39,759 bases of DNA from a virus (taxonomy: Duplodnaviria; Caudoviricetes): IMG/VR virus record IMGVR_UViG_3300025590_000020, positions 1 to 39,759 of that record; one strand, 5' to 3'. The notes below the pieces were generated by a model. It was not told the origin of the DNA. It ran no database searches and worked only from the letters and a program-made list of their open reading frames with translations. Both the position numbers and the translations under genes were made by a program. Shown one piece after another: positions 36,305 through 39,759 of this stretch. Positions within the stretch are counted from its first letter, which is position 1, and every line of letters begins with the position of its first letter.

Positions 36305-36969
36305 TGCGAATATCCTTACAGCTACTTAAAGACCACGGCTTATCAGGAGATGCCTTAACAATTATCTCTACTTGGTTTGAAGAACAAGAAGCTGATGTTT
36401 TAGATTATGATGAAACACTTGAGACTCTTATAAATTCTGAATATTTAGTTACGAGCAAGTTAGAAGAACTAGGTTCAAGCGAAACCCACTCTTATTACGT
36501 TACATGGTTTCAGGGTCTTGTAAACTTTCCAAGTGTTTTAACATATTTTAATGACCATTCTTTAGAACGTGTTTGGCGTTTAGACTCTGATCGTGAGTTT
36601 ACTAATTACGATGAGCTAGTTAAAGAAGCTACCCTTCTTAAATCATCAAGGGTCAAAGCTGCTAAAACTATTAGTAATATTTCTGGTGTAGTTGATAACC
36701 CAGATGGTACAAAAACATTTAAAGGTTTTAGTTTTGAAGAAGTAGAGACAATTGACCCCGAGGCCTTCGACGCTTTTGAGTGGTTCAATCAACAAACAGG
36801 GACACAAATGCGATCCCTGTCGCCTACTCTAGCCGTAATGGCGTTAAGCTTGCACTACAAAGAGTATGAGATTGAGTTGCAAATGAACCCTAGCGTGGAT
36901 CAAAAAATAACAAACGGAGGCTACGAGGCATGGACCCCAACACCCTTAGAAGTACCCTTTATAGAATAG
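36304..36969 (+). CDS. Hypothetical protein in the tail module
   Basis: TAATG coupling at 36304 (track start 36286); no recognised motif. Confidence 0.65.
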   Translation: MRISLQLLKDHGLSGDALTIISTWFEEQEADVLDYDETLETLINSEYLVTSKLEELGSSETHSYYVTWFQGLVNFPSVLTYFNDHSLERVWRLDSDREFTNYDELVKEATLLKSSRVKAAKTISNISGVVDNPDGTKTFKGFSFEEVETIDPEAFDAFEWFNQQTGTQMRSLSPTLAVMALSLHYKEYEIELQMNPSVDQKITNGGYEAWTPTPLEVPFIE

Positions 36970-37142
36970 TAGCTACAGACACTCCTGTTTATAGTATGGA
37001 TCATAAGTATATTGTACGCGGGGCGGATGTGGGAGATGTCACACGTGAGGAGCCCCCAGAGGGAGATGTTCCTTACTTTAATCCACCAGAAAACGATCTA
37101 TGGTTTAAATGTACAGATACGGTAATAGACCATAATGAATAA
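36930..37142 (+). CDS. Small hypothetical protein (start uncertain)
   Basis: Fills the gap and overlaps the next start. Confidence 0.4.
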   Translation: MDPNTLRSTLYRIVATDTPVYSMDHKYIVRGADVGDVTREEPPEGDVPYFNPPENDLWFKCTDTVIDHNE

Positions 37143-37359
37143 CCCTGATCTAGAAAACCGTATATGTAAAATCGAATGGACTATCGGACGCCAAAACGAC
37201 AACATTAAAGAGCTTTTTGATACTTCAGAAGAGCTAAGGACTACTCTCTGTGGTATCCATCAAACCTTAGTACAGATCAAATGGTTTGCTATAGGGGTCT
37301 CTTGTCTGTTCATGGCCGATCAATTCGGATTAACAGCAGTCATCAAATTACTAGGATAA
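37135..37359 (+). CDS. Small coiled-coil protein with C-terminal TM helix (lysis-module position)
   Basis: LENRI.KIE coil, then IKWFAIG hydrophobic segment. Confidence 0.7.
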   Translation: MNNPDLENRICKIEWTIGRQNDNIKELFDTSEELRTTLCGIHQTLVQIKWFAIGVSCLFMADQFGLTAVIKLLG

Positions 37360-37362
37360 TAA

Positions 37363-37767
37363 ATGTTAGCAGGTCTTATGACTATCCTGCCAAACATTGT
37401 AGCAATTATCGACAAAACATTACCTGACAAGGCGCAAGCAGAATTAGCTAAACAGCGCATTGAGTTTGAAATCTTATCAGCAGTTAATGAAGTCAATAAA
37501 TCACAAGCAGAAACCAATAAAGTGGAAGCCACTCACCGATCCTTATGGGTCGCTGGGTGGCGTCCCGCTATTGGATGGGTAGCAGCTTTAGGCGTCTTTT
37601 GGGCGTTTATCGGTCAGCCTGTTTCTGAGTGGTGCGCTACTTTGTACGGCATTCCAATCTCATCCTTCCCACAGTTTCCAATGGAACAAGTTCTAGAGCT
37701 AGTCCTAGCGATGCTTGGTCTATCGGGCCTGCGTACTTGGGAGAAAATGAAAGGCGTTTCTAAATGA
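37363..37767 (+). CDS. Holin-like protein (GTA 3TM holin type)
   Basis: NKVEA.H.S.WVAGWRPAIGW, MLGL.GLRT.EK.KG. Confidence 0.85.
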   Translation: MLAGLMTILPNIVAIIDKTLPDKAQAELAKQRIEFEILSAVNEVNKSQAETNKVEATHRSLWVAGWRPAIGWVAALGVFWAFIGQPVSEWCATLYGIPISSFPQFPMEQVLELVLAMLGLSGLRTWEKMKGVSK

Positions 37768-37997
37768 GCCGCGACTACAAAAAGGAATACCGCGAATACC
37801 ACGCACAACCAGAGCAAAAGAAACGACGCGCTGGGCGTAACGCGGCACGTAAGTACGCAACTAAAAAAGGCTTGGTTCGCAAAGGAGACGGTAAAGAGGT
37901 GGACCACAAAAACCACAACGCTACCGACAACAGACCAAGCAACCTTAAGATTATGACCGCAAGTGCGAACAGATCAAAACAACCGAAGAGGTCGTAA
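37764..37997 (+). CDS. Small basic HNH-like protein
   Basis: RDYKKEY, KGDGKEVDHK...N..SNL......NR. Confidence 0.75.
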   Translation: MSRDYKKEYREYHAQPEQKKRRAGRNAARKYATKKGLVRKGDGKEVDHKNHNATDNRPSNLKIMTASANRSKQPKRS

Positions 37998-37998
37998 A

Positions 37999-38232
37999 AT
38001 GAGCGGTAAAGCTTCTTTCGATTTATTGGAGGCCCTGCATGCAGCAGTGGCTACCGATCTACTCGACAAAATTAAATCAGGACAGGCAACAGGTGCTGAA
38101 ATAAGTGCAGCCATCAAGTTCCTAAAAGACAACGGTGTTGAGTCCATTCCAACAGGTGACAACAATATGGGCCGCCTTTTCGAGGCTCTACCTTTTGACG
38201 ACGCAGATATTCAACAGGCATTCAACCAATGA
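37999..38232 (+). CDS. terS: Terminase small subunit (gp18-like)
   Basis: L..LH...A..L...I..G.A....SAAIKFLKDNG; GAGG RBS before ATG 37999. Confidence 0.88.
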   Translation: MSGKASFDLLEALHAAVATDLLDKIKSGQATGAEISAAIKFLKDNGVESIPTGDNNMGRLFEALPFDDADIQQAFNQ

Positions 38233-38405
38233 AAAAAATAGTAAAGTTTTGGCAAGATTATAGTTACCACCGTCGCGCCGACTGGGCGGCTGATAAACTA
38301 CGCATGCACAGTAACCATGAGTTAAAAGATATTGGTATTACACGACAGGACATATCTCGAATGGCCCATGACAAGTGCCCTTGGTGTATGCGATGGGAAA
38401 AATAA
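38229..38405 (+). CDS. DUF1127 (YjiS-like) small protein (not in ORF track)
   Basis: ATGA overlap with terS stop; HRR......L...SNHELKDIGITRQDI signature. Confidence 0.8.
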   Translation: MKKIVKFWQDYSYHRRADWAADKLRMHSNHELKDIGITRQDISRMAHDKCPWCMRWEK

Positions 38406-38749
38406 TATACCAAAAATATATTTTGTTTATTCATAGGTTTCGAGAGGCTTGGTTAGCCTGCTTGCTCTGTATGGTGCAGGGCGACTTAACCATCATAAGT
38501 TTAAATCACGCTGTTACAGCCGCCAAGACAGGTACTATTGCTGGCCTTTCTTTCATGGCCTTGAGCTTTTCTAAGAAACTAGAAGGCAACATAATTTTAT
38601 CAACATGGACTATCGGTACCCTAACAGCAGGCGCTGATTTCCTGATACACCCCACCCATTTTGGACCTGAACTAGCGGAAGCTTTGTGCACAGGGGCAGG
38701 CGCTGCCGCCCTAGGGTTCTGCATGATGAAGTGGCAAGACAAAAAATAA
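38393..38749 (+). CDS. Hypothetical membrane protein
   Basis: Several hydrophobic helices; MVQG, HP.HFG, EA..TG motifs. Confidence 0.7.
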   Translation: MGKIIYQKYILFIHRFREAWLACLLCMVQGDLTIISLNHAVTAAKTGTIAGLSFMALSFSKKLEGNIILSTWTIGTLTAGADFLIHPTHFGPELAEALCTGAGAAALGFCMMKWQDKK

Positions 38750-38761
38750 AGGTAATCTACT

Positions 38762-39759
38762 TTGAACCCAGAAATTCCAAAGCAACTTCACGACTTTAGG
38801 AATTTTCTATACCTTGTTTGGAAACACCTGAACCTACCCGAACCAACTCCGGTTCAATACGACATGGCCGAGTACCTTCAAGGTGGTCCTAGACGTATGG
38901 TGGTTCAGGCTTTTCGAGGTGTAGGAAAGTCATACATCACATGTGCTTATGTAGTGCATCAATTACTACTAAACCCCGACATGAAATTCATGGTTATCTC
39001 AGCTTCTAAATCGAGAGCCGATGACTTCAGTACCTTCACACAGCGTTTGATCGTTGAGCTACCTTTCACCCAACACTTAATTGCAAAAGACGAGCAGCGG
39101 TGGTCCAAGATCGCCTTTGACGTTGCACCTGCAAAAGCCTCAGGGTCTCCTTCAGTTAAGTCTGTCGGTATTACAGGACAGCTTACAGGGTCTCGCGCAG
39201 ATATTATCATTGCAGACGACATTGAGGTTCCTAACAACTCAGCAACACAGATGATGCGTGAAAAGCTTGGGGAAAGCGTTAAAGAGTTTGATGCTGTTCT
39301 TAAACCCGACGGACGTGTCATTTACCTAGGAACACCTCAGTGTGAAATGTCGCTCTATGAGGAGCTAAGAAATCGTGGATACAACCTACGCATTTGGCCT
39401 GCAAGATACCCGACGGTAGCCCAAAGAGAAAAATACAATGACCGCCTTGCTCCTATGGTTGCTGATGCTCTTGACGCCGACAAAGTAGAAGCAGGTAGTC
39501 CTATGGACCCTCTACGCTTTGACGAAGAAGACCTTACAGAACGTGAGCTGTCCTATGGTCGCTCAGGCTTCGCCTTACAGTTCATGTTAGACACATCACT
39601 AAGCGATGCTGACAAGTATCCTCTCAAAGTGAGTGACTTGATTGTCATGGGAGTAGACAACGACAAAGCACCAGAGAAAGCAGTCTGGGGTAAGCAAGTA
39701 GAGGTCAATGATCTGCCTAACCTAGCCTTAGCCGGAGACCGGTATTACGGCCCCGTACA
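38762..39759 (+). CDS. terL: Terminase large subunit (gp19-like), truncated by window end
   Basis: TTG start; DFRNFL..VW..LNLP.PT..Q, AFRGVGKS, GITGQLTGSRAD.II.DD.E, YLGTPQ, LQFMLD. Confidence 0.95.
   Translation, partial: MNPEIPKQLHDFRNFLYLVWKHLNLPEPTPVQYDMAEYLQGGPRRMVVQAFRGVGKSYITCAYVVHQLLLNPDMKFMVISASKSRADDFSTFTQRLIVELPFTQHLIAKDEQRWSKIAFDVAPAKASGSPSVKSVGITGQLTGSRADIIIADDIEVPNNSATQMMREKLGESVKEFDAVLKPDGRVIYLGTPQCEMSLYEELRNRGYNLRIWPARYPTVAQREKYNDRLAPMVADALDADKVEAGSPMDPLRFDEEDLTERELSYGRSGFALQFMLDTSLSDADKYPLKVSDLIVMGVDNDKAPEKAVWGKQVEVNDLPNLALAGDRYYGPV

Noticed and set aside
38959-39321. Minus-strand 120-aa ORF and other minus-strand ORFs
   Set aside because: Antisense to well-supported genes (here TerL), with no motifs
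1-39759. Integrated prophage with host flanks or terminal repeats
   Set aside because: int, the att region and RNAP are contiguous (unintegrated layout); no host genes; both ends fall inside ORFs

Overview
This window is most of the genome of a T7-like podovirus (Autographiviridae architecture), with every credible gene on the + strand. The order is: early small genes; wHTH and MarR-like regulators; tyrosine integrase; an intact tRNA-Leu(TAA) inside a probable attP region; single-subunit RNA polymerase; a replication block (SSB, endonuclease I, amidase, primase-helicase, PolA, exonuclease); a nucleotide/phosphate cassette (PhoH, DUF3310, glutaredoxin, ThyX, MazG, class II RNR); portal, scaffold, capsid, tail tube and ejection proteins; two collagen-like fibres and a Gly-rich adhesin; holin; HNH; terminases (TerL cut by the window end). 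A marine alphaproteobacterial (Roseobacter-like) host is inferred, not shown. The main unexplained signals are: (1) six copies of the palindrome GTTTACA-N-TGTAAAC across early, middle and late regions, one inside a CDS; (2) a second operator family TTGCAC-N2-GTGCAA; (3) an attP layout with a full tRNA plus a separate anticodon-loop copy between arm-like repeats; (4) a T-even gp38-like adhesin split by a frameshift at a G4A4 run; (5) small ORFs missed by the ORF track, including a DUF1127-like protein and a peptide ending like an SSB tail. All calls are by-eye motif recognition; no searches were run.
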